This document shows, in pieces, positions 1-11,414 of a stretch of DNA of 64,000 nt. Below the pieces are notes generated by a model. That model was not told where the DNA came from. It worked only from the letters and a program-made list of their open reading frames with translations, and ran no database searches. The number at the start of each line of letters is the position of its first letter. Positions within the stretch are counted from its first letter, which is position 1. The stretch covers positions 248,001 to 312,000 of the forward strand of contig NW_026782093.1 in NCBI RefSeq assembly GCF_031769215.1. Direction: 5' to 3'. Source of the DNA: Ylistrum balloti (taxonomy: Eukaryota). Position numbers and translations under genes: made by a program.

Positions 1-394
1 TATTCCTACGTCGAGTAAGGTCAATATTAAGTAATCTACGTCACTTCCGGTTTGTTCGAACTGATACTTAATATTGAGGACAAATAATAGCATTTATAAA
101 ATACTATTCAAAGCCATGCAGTGATTCATAAACAACATAATGTAATCTTATGCTAGGCGTAACATCCAGTGCTTGTGTTATATGTTAATGAATGTGCTAA
201 AAGAAAATAATAACAGTGCCAAACTGCTTAAGTGTGTAGGCTGAAAAAAATAGTGTACTTCTACAAGGCGATTTTTCTTCCACTGCCGTTGTAACCATTG
301 ACATTGCAATCGATAAAAAGTGTTAAATGAAAACTATACTGAAATATGAATGAAAAAGAAACCTTGATAAAGATTTCATTTCTTTACGCTACAG

Positions 395-1165
395 GAGCTT
401 TTGAACTGTTGAATTCGATCCTTATGGTGGAAATAAAAGGTATCGAGAGGTTATCTAATGGGTTTGGCCTATTGAACATGTTTATCGGCTTCGCCAGCAT
501 AGTAGGTTCGCCTATTGCAGGTAAGTAATTAGCAAATTTCTAATATTTTCTTAAATTACCGTATCAAAATAACTTGCATTGATTCCTTTCTACATGACTC
601 TGTTAATGTCATGTCCTATGTTATGACGTCACAATGTCCTTTTTCCCCACGTAATAATGAATAATGGAAAAGTATTATGATCGCAATTCATAAATATCTT
701 ATTAGATATGCCCAAAGGAATTCAAGTCAAGCTATCGAGAATCATATGATATTTTCTTTTGTGAGGGAAGTAATTGTAATATTAGACGATAAAATGATCT
801 AAAGAAACACCCTTTAAGATATTTCAAAGGAAAATATCATAAAGTTTCAAACATTATATTTTTCTTATAATAGTTTTATTATTAGTTGACCAGTATCAAA
901 AAACGCTTCAATATATAACAAAAGTAAGTGAATTCAGTTCCAGTATATATAAAGTATACATATAAGTTGCGAAAAGTATGATTGATTTGTAGGGGCACTG
1001 TCAGATGCTTCAGGAAACTATGATGACGCTTTTTACTTTGCTGGAGGTGTGATAACTATAGCTGGTGTTATATGTTTACCGCTTAGACGAATCATCACAT
1101 GGGAGAAAAAAAGACTCGCGAAAAAATGTAAAATGAAAGAATCTGATTCATCAATAGAAAAATGA
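395..1165 (+). CDS. SLC16/monocarboxylate transporter-like gene, last two coding exons (5' part outside the window)
   Basis: Exon 395-520 (126 bp, ag/gt flanks) encodes GAFELLNSILMVEIKGIERLSNGFGLLNMFIGFASIVGSPIAG. Exon 993-1165 encodes GALSDASGNYDDAFYFAGGVITIAGVICLPLRR...IEK*. These match SLC16 TM10-TM12, with the same exon size and phase as the - strand paralogs. Confidence 0.9.
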
Positions 1166-1449
1166 CGAAGACATTCAAACTGTTTGTTTCATGCCAAACT
1201 TTATTTACATCGATCGATATCAATAATATCATATCTTCCACGAAGAGTCAGGCTTGTCAACACTTCCAATACTTTGTGTTGTATAAAGAATATTTTGTAA
1301 TGTTCAACAAACAATGCTGAAGGACGTATTATTTTTACTACGTGTTTCCATTATCTTCTTAATTTTTCTTCTGATTTCTTTCGCCAAGGATGTTTTCGTC
1401 GCTTTTTCTGATAACCATAATGGAACTTGACAATAGTGTGCATAAGAAA

Positions 1450-2030
1450 TATCCGATTTCAATACCATTTGATATCTATATTGAAGTGTGAAGTGTGTAT
1501 CATGAAAAATATCGAAATCAAAAAAGAAATGTACGGAGAACTACACCATGGCAGAAATTCTGGTTGACAATATCTTGATGGAGTTTGGTGGTTAATTCTT
1601 CCTACAGACTACAGGTATACCTATGTGAAAACTTGTGACCCATCTCCTGACTGACTTGTTTTTTTTTTTTTTTTTGTTTTCATATGAGGCTAAAGTCATC
1701 TAATACTTAACAAAAGAAGGTCACAATGACCTGGCAAAGTCCTTCAATCTCATTTTCAGATATAATGACGGCTTTAAACAAGGAGAGATTTATTGACCAT
1801 ATCCATTATATGCGTCCTCCAGAATTTGAAATCAAGGACAAGATAGACTCTTCTTCAACGGCGGATTACCTCAGTTGTTTTCTATCAAGCTGTATGATCA
1901 TCGTGATGATTTCAAATTGAGTTCAAATTAAGATTGTGTTAATATATCAGTTACTGCTATGTTGTGGCACTTTGAACACAGCCGTAACGGCCGTAGAGCT
2001 CTTTTAAGACTACATGGAGAGTTTATGCTT
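1450..2030 (+). mobile_element. Penelope-like retroelement reverse-transcriptase remnant (boundaries approximate)
   Basis: Broken frames give ILVDNI..FGG..F.QTTGIPM, LLTDLF, SYEAK, DLAKSFNLIFRY and DHIHYMRPPEFEIKDKIDSSSTADYL. These match the GIPMG...LADLFL...FRYIDD...YP.ELEIKDTTDS pattern of Penelope-like RTs. Multiple stops and frameshifts. Confidence 0.75.
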
Positions 2031-3493
2031 CTTGTTGTAATCACTATTTGTCTTTCTCTTCTCTTTTCGATATGCTATCATTTTCATTTTTATGTGTTGA
2101 TTGATAGTATATCCATAATGATAGCTATTATTTGATAATGTATGTAAACTTCCTTTCGTGACTGAATTTGGTATTTTTCAAATAGCATATATGGGACCTG
2201 AAACTCTGTTACTATATAAAAACTGTTAAATGATATATTTTCGATTTTTTCAAATAAAATAGATAAATTTATAAAATAAAATAAATAACCACCAAAATTG
2301 CGTGGACACATCATTTTCTTATAGCTTCTTATAGCTTTTTATAGCTTCAGTACCTTGATATAGTTACTTATAAAAATCACAGTTCTTGGACATACGAGTT
2401 CCCATGAAATTGATGAAAATAAATTCCACAATAAAATTGGTTTTATATTTCCGCTTTAGTACAATACACGAGACTTGCATTTGAAGTCTACTGATTATAT
2501 CGTTTATTGTAGAACACAGATCAAAATTTAAGCGATGTCACAAGTAAGACTATATTAATGGCACCACATATCGTCGCATTGTGAATTAAACCCTCGAAGT
2601 TGATGTTTCAGTTTACCCTGCATAATGCTGATTTTTTTATTAATCAAAATACAGAATATAACGTCTGTGGTGCTTTTGATATAGCTCCTCGCACTAAAAC
2701 GAGTGTAAATCACACACATACATTCCTTTTTGTTCGTATTTTTTATGTACATGTACAAGTATATGAAACACATTTTATCGTGTGAACTATGGACATTGGT
2801 TATGCTATTTGAATATTATTGAATACATCTATCCAAATCCAACATATGTCCTTTTGAATGGGAATGCGCATACAGATTCCTTCATAAACTAACAGATCAT
2901 CTATTTGTTATCATCGAAAAGAATTAACCATTTCATGTTACAGTTAATAACTTGAAAGTTAATAACAATTTTTGCAAAGCCATGACTTAAAATAATTATT
3001 TAGGTATGACAATTTGGTTATTCTGGAAAATGATTGTTCTAATCCAGGAACATGATGTAATATATTCGTATGATTTAGATTATATTTCAAAACGTTTATT
3101 ACACAACTAGATACATATAACTGTATTATTAACCATGAACGTGTGATGTCCTTGTATACAATATCGTTACTCGCCAGTTTCTTACATGTACTTAGGCATC
3201 GTCTCTCTCTTGTAATGGTTTAAGTTTCCTGATGAGCTTGTTGCATCGAGAATTACCTCCTCTCAAACCAAACTCTATTTTGTGATATTCTAATGTTAAA
3301 ATCACAGAAAGTCGGGAATGTCTTCATTGAAAAAATTTAGACAATATATGTCGATTGACATTACTTTGCAGCACAAGAAGAACAACGAAGTCCTTTGTGT
3401 CAAATCAATGCAGGATACGTTGACAATGACCCAAGGTGTGTAACGTATATGAAGCGTAAATCTCCTCTAGTTTCAGTTAGCCTTTTGATCAGC

Positions 3494-6400
3494 CTAAACG
3501 CTTGGATCTTTGTTGGAGTTTTCACATTTTGCAATTAGGCGTAGCGGGAACGAAACAATCCCAGCGATGGTGATGGTAGCTCCAGCGAAGTAGAATGCTG
3601 CGTCATAGCCCGCTGTGACGTCGGAGAGAATTCCTGAAATCGATTGATACAGTATTACATAAAGTATACGATTAATTCATGTTAAATCGACATAGTCACT
3701 AGCACAAGCATGGCACGATGTGTACATGACATTTGTACGATGTCTGAAGGTAAAAAAACCGAGGCGTCCGAACACGATGGATTAACGGTGTGCAATATTT
3801 TTAATATTTAATTCTATGTCGCCCATCGCATATTATCTGAGGTAAAAAAGGGGTGTGGAAAAAGTCCAAATACGTAATCAACTATCAACACTATTCTCTA
3901 TCAACAGTTTTGTTATCAGATTGCATGATACTTTCGTGATTCACTATCATGATCCTGTAATCAAAGAATGATATGCTCTACATTTTGGACGACTTACCAA
4001 TAAGCTGGGTGGTAAGGGTGTGTAGGTGTGTGGATTAGCTTTTTCTTGATAATAAAATTCCAGTTTCTGTCAAACAAAATTCTATATATCAATGCCATTC
4101 TTTGATCATAAATGATGGCATTATCATATCTGCATCTTTTTATTTTGTAAACATGATATTCTTTATCTTGTATTTTCACATCACATCTCGTCAATGAAAC
4201 GGAAGACGCTTACGCACCTGCAACGCCATGTCTACATTCTGCTTTTGTCATTGTTTTCCTCACTACTTACAAGTGTTTTAGTTGATTCGTGGGTACTATG
4301 TTTCATATGATGAAATCACTCACCTGCAATTGGTGATCCAATGATGGAAGCAATCCCGATAAACAAGTTGAGTAGTCCAAATCCATTGGACAACTTCTCG
4401 ATACCTTTCAAATCTATAATAATAATGGAATTTAGTGGTTGGAAAGCTCCTGAAAGTAACAGAAAGTGGTAAGTGTCAGTTTTGTTGAATTGATATCTAA
4501 AATGTAGACGATCTTTATTAGGTGAATGATGCTTTTTTAAGACGTAGTTTAAAATGTCCGCTGGGGTTAGTGCCGAATGCGTTTAATGAGTATTTTACTA
4601 CATGTTAAGCCTAGAAAGAAATTTAAAAATCCACAACTCTTGTCAATACTACTTACAGGTTCAATTATTCCTAAAATGAAAAAAATCAATGTTACCTCCG
4701 ACCGCGCCAAATAAAGCTGAATAAGTGGCTAAAATTGCGAACTCTCGACAATAGGGAACGAGACACGTGGTCACTCCTCCAATTACAAGCACGACACTGT
4801 TCAGGAGAATACTGTCGACACAAGGAAGGTCGATGATGAAACCAAACACAACATTTGAGGCGGTGTTAGATATCCCTATGATGGAGATAAGAAGAGCTCC
4901 TTCATTTGCAGACAGATTGAGATCATCCGCCAGCACAGGTAGAAAATTGAACGGAATATACCAACCTATAATGATAGCGTTGTCCTATGTAATTCAACGT
5001 CGTGCCATTTCAGGATGAGATAATTAAAAGTTTTTATCCTTAAATAACAATATATTTGTTTTACATCTATCTTTAATTAGCTCTTTTATTTCAAAATTAA
5101 TATATAAACAATATCAAACTTCTACATGCCTGTTGACATCAGGAAACACGACAAGGAAAAAACAGCAAAACATGGACTTTTAAGCAAGGAACAGTCGAAC
5201 TTCAACGAAACAGAAGAACAGGTTCTTCTACAGTTCGATTCATTATTCGTCCCTGCTCTGTCTACGTTATTAAGCTCTTTTCCTGCTCTTGGTGATTTCA
5301 GCTCTCTGTAAAATGCTGCAAACACGACACCATTTAACACGATGCCTGTGATTACCCAAAACGCTCCTCGCCAACCGTACATTTCCAGTAGAAGTACGCA
5401 AAGTGGAGCGAACACAAACCCTCCGATACCCGATCCGCATGCGGCGATCCCAGTAGCAAGAGCTCGGCGTTTTTCGAAGTAGTAACTTACTATTACTATG
5501 CTGGGTGTGTACACCAATCCGAATCCAATACCTGCCATATGCAAGTTATAACCATTAAACAATTATCTTATAAACAAATAATTCAGTCATTGTATCTTTT
5601 ATCAGCGAACGTGAAATTGGATATTTAAAGAAATTTCTGATATCGATTAATTAAAATGCTATCCATATCGGCACAATATCACTCAACAAAATATAGATAA
5701 GTTCTGGGATATACTGGCTGCGTCAATATATGATTATATTATTATTCACTGACCTCCCATAACGCCGTATAGTAAAATCATGACGTCAAGACTAGGGGAG
5801 AAGGTGGAGAAAAAGATTCCGACGCTGGCTATGATAATCCCAAGACCGGTTGCTGTCCGACATCCGAATCGGTTAGCAAACGAACCAGATATTGGACCTT
5901 CAGAAAAGTAATGAACGTATATAAGAAGAAATGATAACAAGTAGGGGGATTGGAATTGTATGATCATGCGAATTAACACATTAAGTTAAAAAATCTTCTA
6001 ATTCAATGTCTTTAATAACCAAACATTATTTGCATGAAGAGGGAACTACGCTCCTCTTCTGTTAAAAAACATTGGACATGATTTTTCGCAATTCTACATT
6101 TTTAGCTCATGCGATGCCACGGTAGCTGTAATTCACAAGACGCCGCTATTCCCCGTGTCTACGTGAATTAATGACTTAAGAGGTAAACCACAATAAAACT
6201 GTGTGCTCTGAATATGATATTGCATGAGCGAAAATGAGGCTGATCGACTTGTGACTTCACTGGTGCACTCCTGTCGATATTCGGCTGCTATAATGTCAGT
6301 ACATATAGCCATGTATCAGATTAAACGTCCAGTTTACTCCATATTTTTCAAACATTAAATGTATTTTTCGATCATCACTGAACCAGTAAGATCGATTCTT

Positions 6401-7151
6401 GAGATGGAAAACTGAAACAAAAGAATACAATTGTAATTGTCTGCTTGCGGATGTAAAAGGTCCCCATACTATGATGCATGTGGTTCCTAACTAACTCACG
6501 TATATATATTATATGGTACATTTATAGATAATTAGGGCACCAGTAACATCACAGTGTCACGTGACCTCGCATGCTGAATAAAATTTTAACTGGTAACATT
6601 GAAGGCCTGAAATAGGTAACGGGGTATTTAGGAATAACCACAAGCACCGATATTGTTTTTAAAAACGAAACCTGAATTTTATTTTTAGAAAAAGTTTAAA
6701 ATCATGTCCCCTGTCCTTTTAAATAGTAATGCATTTGTTGTTTTAACACATTTTAAAAGTACATAACCCTGCGGTCATAACTATTTGAAAACACATATTT
6801 GGTACAAATGCTTCATTAAGCAAACAAACTGTTGCAAGACAGAAGGCGGAAATTAAAATTCATACCAACTATGTATGCCACGCCATTGATAACAGAGCTC
6901 AGTAACTGTGTTTTCCCTTTGCTTTCTCCAAACGTTGTCAAAAATGTATTGAAAAAGATGCCAACAGATAAACTAACGCCGTCCACCAAAAAGTTGAGCA
7001 TGAAGGAAGAAAACGTGATAACCCATCCCCATCCACCATCCGGTGCTGTTGGAGGCTTGTTTTGGGAACGTGTAGATGAGATGGTCACGTGATCAATGCT
7101 CTGCTGCTGAGCACCATTAGACACCACAAAGACATCACCATTGGTTTCCAT
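3494..7151 (-). CDS. SLC16/monocarboxylate transporter-like protein, copy A (455 aa, 6 coding exons)
   Basis: Exons 7151-6866, 5897-5754, 5531-5130, 4965-4696, 4449-4324 and 3633-3494 sum to 1368 nt in one open frame, with phase-1 introns throughout. Hallmark motifs: PDGGWGW, GPISGSFANRFGCR, YFEKRRALATGIAACGSG, YGWRGA. The intron after 5130 uses a GC donor. Confidence 0.92.
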
Positions 7152-7352
7152 TTTGCTGAAAATACAACACCTGTTGAAAGAGTGCAATCAAAATAGAATT
7201 TGTTTACAAAGCTCCATTGAGAACTAGTATTAGGCATTATAGACAAAATATGCAGTTTTTTTTTACAACGATCAAACATATTTATTACAATCTGTATTGT
7301 CCGAGCTCAGTGTGCTGATGGACCAGCGTTTCCCTGTAATTAGTACTCATAT

Positions 7353-7582
7353 GGGCGATCAGGTTGCGCAAAGGTAACACATTCGCCTTTCAGCTAGACG
7401 TTAAGGGTTTGATTCCCGGAGCGCACGTGAAATGACATGAGGGTCCCGATTATGTGAGTTTTCTCTGGGTACACCGCTTTCCTCCTACAATAAGACCCCA
7501 CGGGCACCAAATAGAGTGATTAACATAAGCTGCTAGCTTTTTCAACCCTTGTAGCGAAATAAAGTCTATATTTATATATTTC
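7353..7582 (+). mobile_element. tRNA-derived SINE in the 5' intron of MCT copy A (antisense to the gene)
   Basis: tRNA-like head with a B-box-like gggtttgattccc (7405-7417). The central gttttctctgggtacaccgctttcctcc resembles the TCTCCGGGTACTCCGGTTTCCTCC core of V/Meta-type SINEs. It ends in an aaataaa plus AT-rich tail. Confidence 0.72.
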
Positions 7583-7890
7583 GTCTGAACTTGAAACATC
7601 GTTGTACATGTAAGTCATATTCACAATTCCTGAACTACAATCGTAGGTTTTCAAATACTTTTAAAAGTTTAGATATGCCTAATTTAGTTACAATTTCAAA
7701 AATATACATAACGCAGTTTCTTCCAATGCGCAGTCACAGAATTAATATACTCAGGTAAGTTGATTTATTTTTAGATTCGTTTTCATTGAGTAATATTATG
7801 ATTTTTTAATTGAAGTAAAAAACGAATGAGCGTTATGATATAGACTTTACAGTCTGTAAATGCGGAAAAAATATACAGTATTTTACTTAC

Positions 7891-8008
7891 CTGTATACCA
7901 ACGAGTTCAAAGCCAGCTTTCGACAGTTTTTGCTTTCCAACCCCACCCATCATCCCAACCCATCATCCCCCCACATTTGTGTTCAGTTTAGATAATAGAA
8001 AATATGTC
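7891..8008 (-). other. Putative 5' non-coding exon of MCT copy A (counterpart at 19314-19444 in copy B)
   Basis: Strong donor (gtatacag|gtaagt) at 7891 and acceptor-like cacgcag| at 8009. A further donor at ~8173 and a TATA-like tatataaa at ~8243-8250 suggest another upstream exon. No transcript evidence. Confidence 0.4.
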
Positions 8009-9134
8009 CTGCGTGTGATCACTAATATAGATACATATGTACAACAATATATTTTTTTCTGTAGTTGATATCGTCAAGCTAACCCAGCCGCATTCCGCAG
8101 AAAGAAAACAATGATAATGATTAAATGGAGATCGTAATAAATAGACTTATAATTGGCGAGCATCTTGCCTACCTGTTTTTCTGACAGACAATCATTGTTA
8201 CATTTGTATCAATGGCAAGACTGAGTAGTATACTTTATCAATTTATATAAAACAAATCTGACGAATATTTCTTCGAAAATTTTGTTCCCAATTTTTTTCA
8301 AATTATGACCGCCATTGACTTCTCAGCCTATAAAAGAGAAAATGATATTTTGTATTTTATAAAGCAGTTGATGACCTACCTCCAAAAGTAATGTAAGTAA
8401 ATTCACCCTTTATTTTGTCCAAGTTTCCGTTAATCGTGGTCGGTTTTGATATAAAGATATCCTCCACGTATATTCCGGTAAAAGAATAACAGTGAAACTG
8501 GAAATGAAGATTCGGCGTCCTGAGAACCTACTATCAACATTGAGAATGTGTTTACCGATCCGTGCTGTTCTGAAGGTAACTTTAGGTATATGTCACCGTT
8601 TGTATCTGTGGATAAAGAGGTAATAAATAACGTGACAATGCCAAAAAACCATCTCAGGTTAAGATTACGTAAGAATAGGTTAACATGTTATTGCAGTTTA
8701 TATAATTCGTACGTTGATCTTTCATTTTCACATTCAGCGACCAACAATTGTAACAGGTCTTTTTCTGGCACTCAGAGAAAAGCAACAATATAGATTTAAT
8801 GCTTTGAACAGTTTTAACTCTTTGTTGGTGTTTTTCGCGCACTAGCAAAATTGATGTTGTCATTGGTAGGGAAAGTTGATCGGAGCGATATAAGTTACCC
8901 TTACTTGTTTTCAGGTCTAATTTGTTTTGAGTACTTATTTGTTATGTTTACAACATGTTCAAAATAGTATTGAAATAAAGTTGATATCAAACTAACAATT
9001 AAAGTGTTATTCAAAAATGTTTTATGGAATGTCAATACTAAAAGACCATATGAAGTAGCCCTTTAATCATCATTTATGTTTGCATCGCATTATATTTTCA
9101 GTCACAAATGGTAGTATTGAAAAAGAAATTTAAT

Positions 9135-9300
9135 GACCATGTCCTTCGTATATATACCCACAGGAATTCAAAATCAAGGACACAGCTGACTCTCCTTCGC
9201 CAGCAGCTTTCCACGTACATACATTGAAACAAGTAGCATGCTTTTGATTACCAGAATATGAACCCTCCTTTTCTAGATAGTAATTAATCTTCCCCAGCAA
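9135..9300 (+). mobile_element. Short second Penelope-like RT remnant (counterpart ~20577-20745)
   Basis: DHVLRIY/PQEFKIKDTADSPSPAA and MNPPFLDSN fragments belong to the same RT motif region. Confidence 0.6.
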
Positions 9301-10405
9301 TGTTTTCGAAATCTTAATAAAATTTATTCCGATGTTGTGAATTGAATTTCTGTTTGATGAATTTCAAATATTTTTATCATGTATTCCTTTATTCATAGAC
9401 TCATACCAAACAGACGATCACGAAAAAAAAATGAACAAAATAAGTAGTGAAATAAATACGAAAATGACGATATAACCAGTGTATTTCTCATAGTGGCAGT
9501 CCCATTAAGTCAGCGTTGAAATACGAATCGCCATGATGGTTTCCCTGGTTGCTGATAGTATATCGAATATGTGGTTACCCCAGTACTATCTTGTAGTTTT
9601 TTTATCAATAAGGCATCGCTGAGAAAAAACCGACAACGTTACTTAGTGTTTTCCTTACCGACTCCAAATCCGATCAAAAATGTCCGAGGGAAAATATCAC
9701 TAGATGTACAAGCACTTTCTACAATGAAGTAAGAGACTTTGACAGCCATTCACAAAACACAAGACAGTGATTATTGGTTTGTGTAGAGTAAGTCAGAGCG
9801 CAGGTCCCTGGATACTTATGAGACGTTTATGAGTAGTATTCTATTCAGTTCTAATTAAATATTCTTATAAAGCTTCGTTGAAGAGTGGACGAAAACTCTT
9901 TGAAGTTCATTAAAATCTACATACTTATTCCACTTCTTTCGTAAACAAAGTATCACAATACGACTGAAACCTAGATTTGATAATACTTAATAGAATGATA
10001 AATAAAGACATACATATGTGATTTCAGTTACATTCCTCTTCATTGCCTGCCACAAGCATTTCAGAACTAAGACTGATTAGTTCCAGAACGGTGCAAAACC
10101 GATTGCGTAGGCCTGCATCCGCCCGCGTTAGCCCGCTGTTAGTCCAGATTTATTATCGATTCACAAATAGTGCCTGTCCTAAGGTACTGTTAACAGTCAC
10201 ATATGAACCCAGATTTCACCTTGCTTGTAGTGACGGTCGAGTGCTGGAGAATACATGGAATAGTCCTTTTGATTATAATGGAAGTCACCTTTACCAATGT
10301 ACGCTACAGAGACGAAATTATTCATCATCACATTCTTTCATTCATCCCGAATTATTTTGTAGCATGACATGTTTAACGCTTAGCATATATATATATATAT
10401 ATATA

Positions 10406-11242
10406 CACCCAAGGGATAAAGAAACACAGGGTGACATTATTTGCAATATCATGCGAACGTGTTGTTCAAACCAATGAAAATCGGTCAAGCATCTTTCTAG
10501 ATTACAGTGCACGTAGTCCTGTAATGAATGTTGCATTATGGTATTACATGAAGATGTCTTCCGCAGAAAACACGAAACGTAAACATCTCTTTCACAGCAG
10601 TGTTGTTACATTAAGTTACACTGCTCGTCGTACCATTAAGTAGTTTTCATAGAGACACATCATTTTCCGATATTTTGGTTACTTTCTGATAGCAAATACA
10701 GGTTGCCAGACATTTCGGTGTCCATATTAACACTCTAGAATGTCGTCTTAGACGCATAATGGTAACTGGGCAGATTGCTAACAGATCTGGGTTTGGGGGT
10801 CCGCGCGTGACGTCACAAAATCAGGACAGGTTTATTCGTCTCGCGCATTAGTGAAATCGTCACCTTACTGTCACAGAATCTGCACTTCATACCATTGGTA
10901 CTCATCGCCGTCCTATTTATGGAAAAACTGTAAGGAAACCGATTGTGGGAATTTGATCTGCGGGCTCGTCACCGGTTTGTAGGTCTGCTCCTTACCGCTG
11001 CTCGTCGCCAGAGTCGTAAGGTTTGCTTACTGATGAGTCCCGTTTTACCCTGTTTCACCCCGAGCAAACGTTCGACGTCGTGTATACCGACGTCATGGAG
11101 AATGTTATGCCGACTGCTGCGTAGTAGAGACAGGTAGATTTTGGGGTGGATCGGTTTTGGTGTTGGGGAGGAATCTCACATAGAGTTAAATCACTATTGG
11201 CTGTGGCAGCGGGTAGTTTAACTTCCGCTAGGTATAGAGATG
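10406..11242 (+). mobile_element. Tc1/mariner transposon remnant, truncated at the duplication junction
   Basis: Follows a (TA)n tract. Broken frame gives VARHFGVH, GGPRVTSQNQDRFIRLAH, TETVRKRL, TDESRFTL and WGGISH..KSLLAVAAG....RYRDE, which are typical Tc1 HTH and first catalytic Asp motifs. The left end is inferred. Confidence 0.8.
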
Positions 11243-11247
11243 AGAGA

Positions 11248-11347
11248 TGTTATATGTTTACCGGTTAGACGAATCATCACATGGGAGGAAAAAAGACTCG
11301 CGAAAAAATGTAAAATGAAAGAATCTGATCCAACAGCAGAAAGTTGA
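11248..11347 (+). pseudogene. Truncated remnant of the last coding exon of the + strand MCT gene
   Basis: Collinear with 1066-1165 (ICLPVRRIITWEEKRLAKKCKMKESDPTAES*), with the stop in the same position. It has no acceptor or upstream exons and is fused directly to Tc1 sequence. Confidence 0.85.
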
Positions 11348-11414
11348 CAAAGAAATTTAAATTGTTTGTTTCATGCAAAACTTTATTTACATCGATCAAT
11401 ATCAATAATATCAT

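Noticed and set aside
2555-2785. Identical short ORFs at 2555-2785 and 13877-14107
   Set aside because: The identity reflects the homogenised duplication rather than coding constraint, and there is no protein signature.
3229-3260. ctgatgagc as a possible hammerhead (also in unit B)
   Set aside because: No stem II or GAAA box follows.
9490-9720. Possible SINE on the - strand (also ~20930-21160)
   Set aside because: No clear A/B boxes or recognisable core could be identified, so it is left unannotated.
10043-10477. 144-aa + strand ORF
   Set aside because: No recognisable motif. It runs through a (TA)n tract into the Tc1 end, and the homologous region in unit B is broken by indels and the 67-bp array.
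11030-11040. ctgatgagtcc resembling a hammerhead core
   Set aside because: It is the T-D-E-S codons of the Tc1 transposase. There is no stem II partner or GAAA, and the B copy reads acggacgagtcc.
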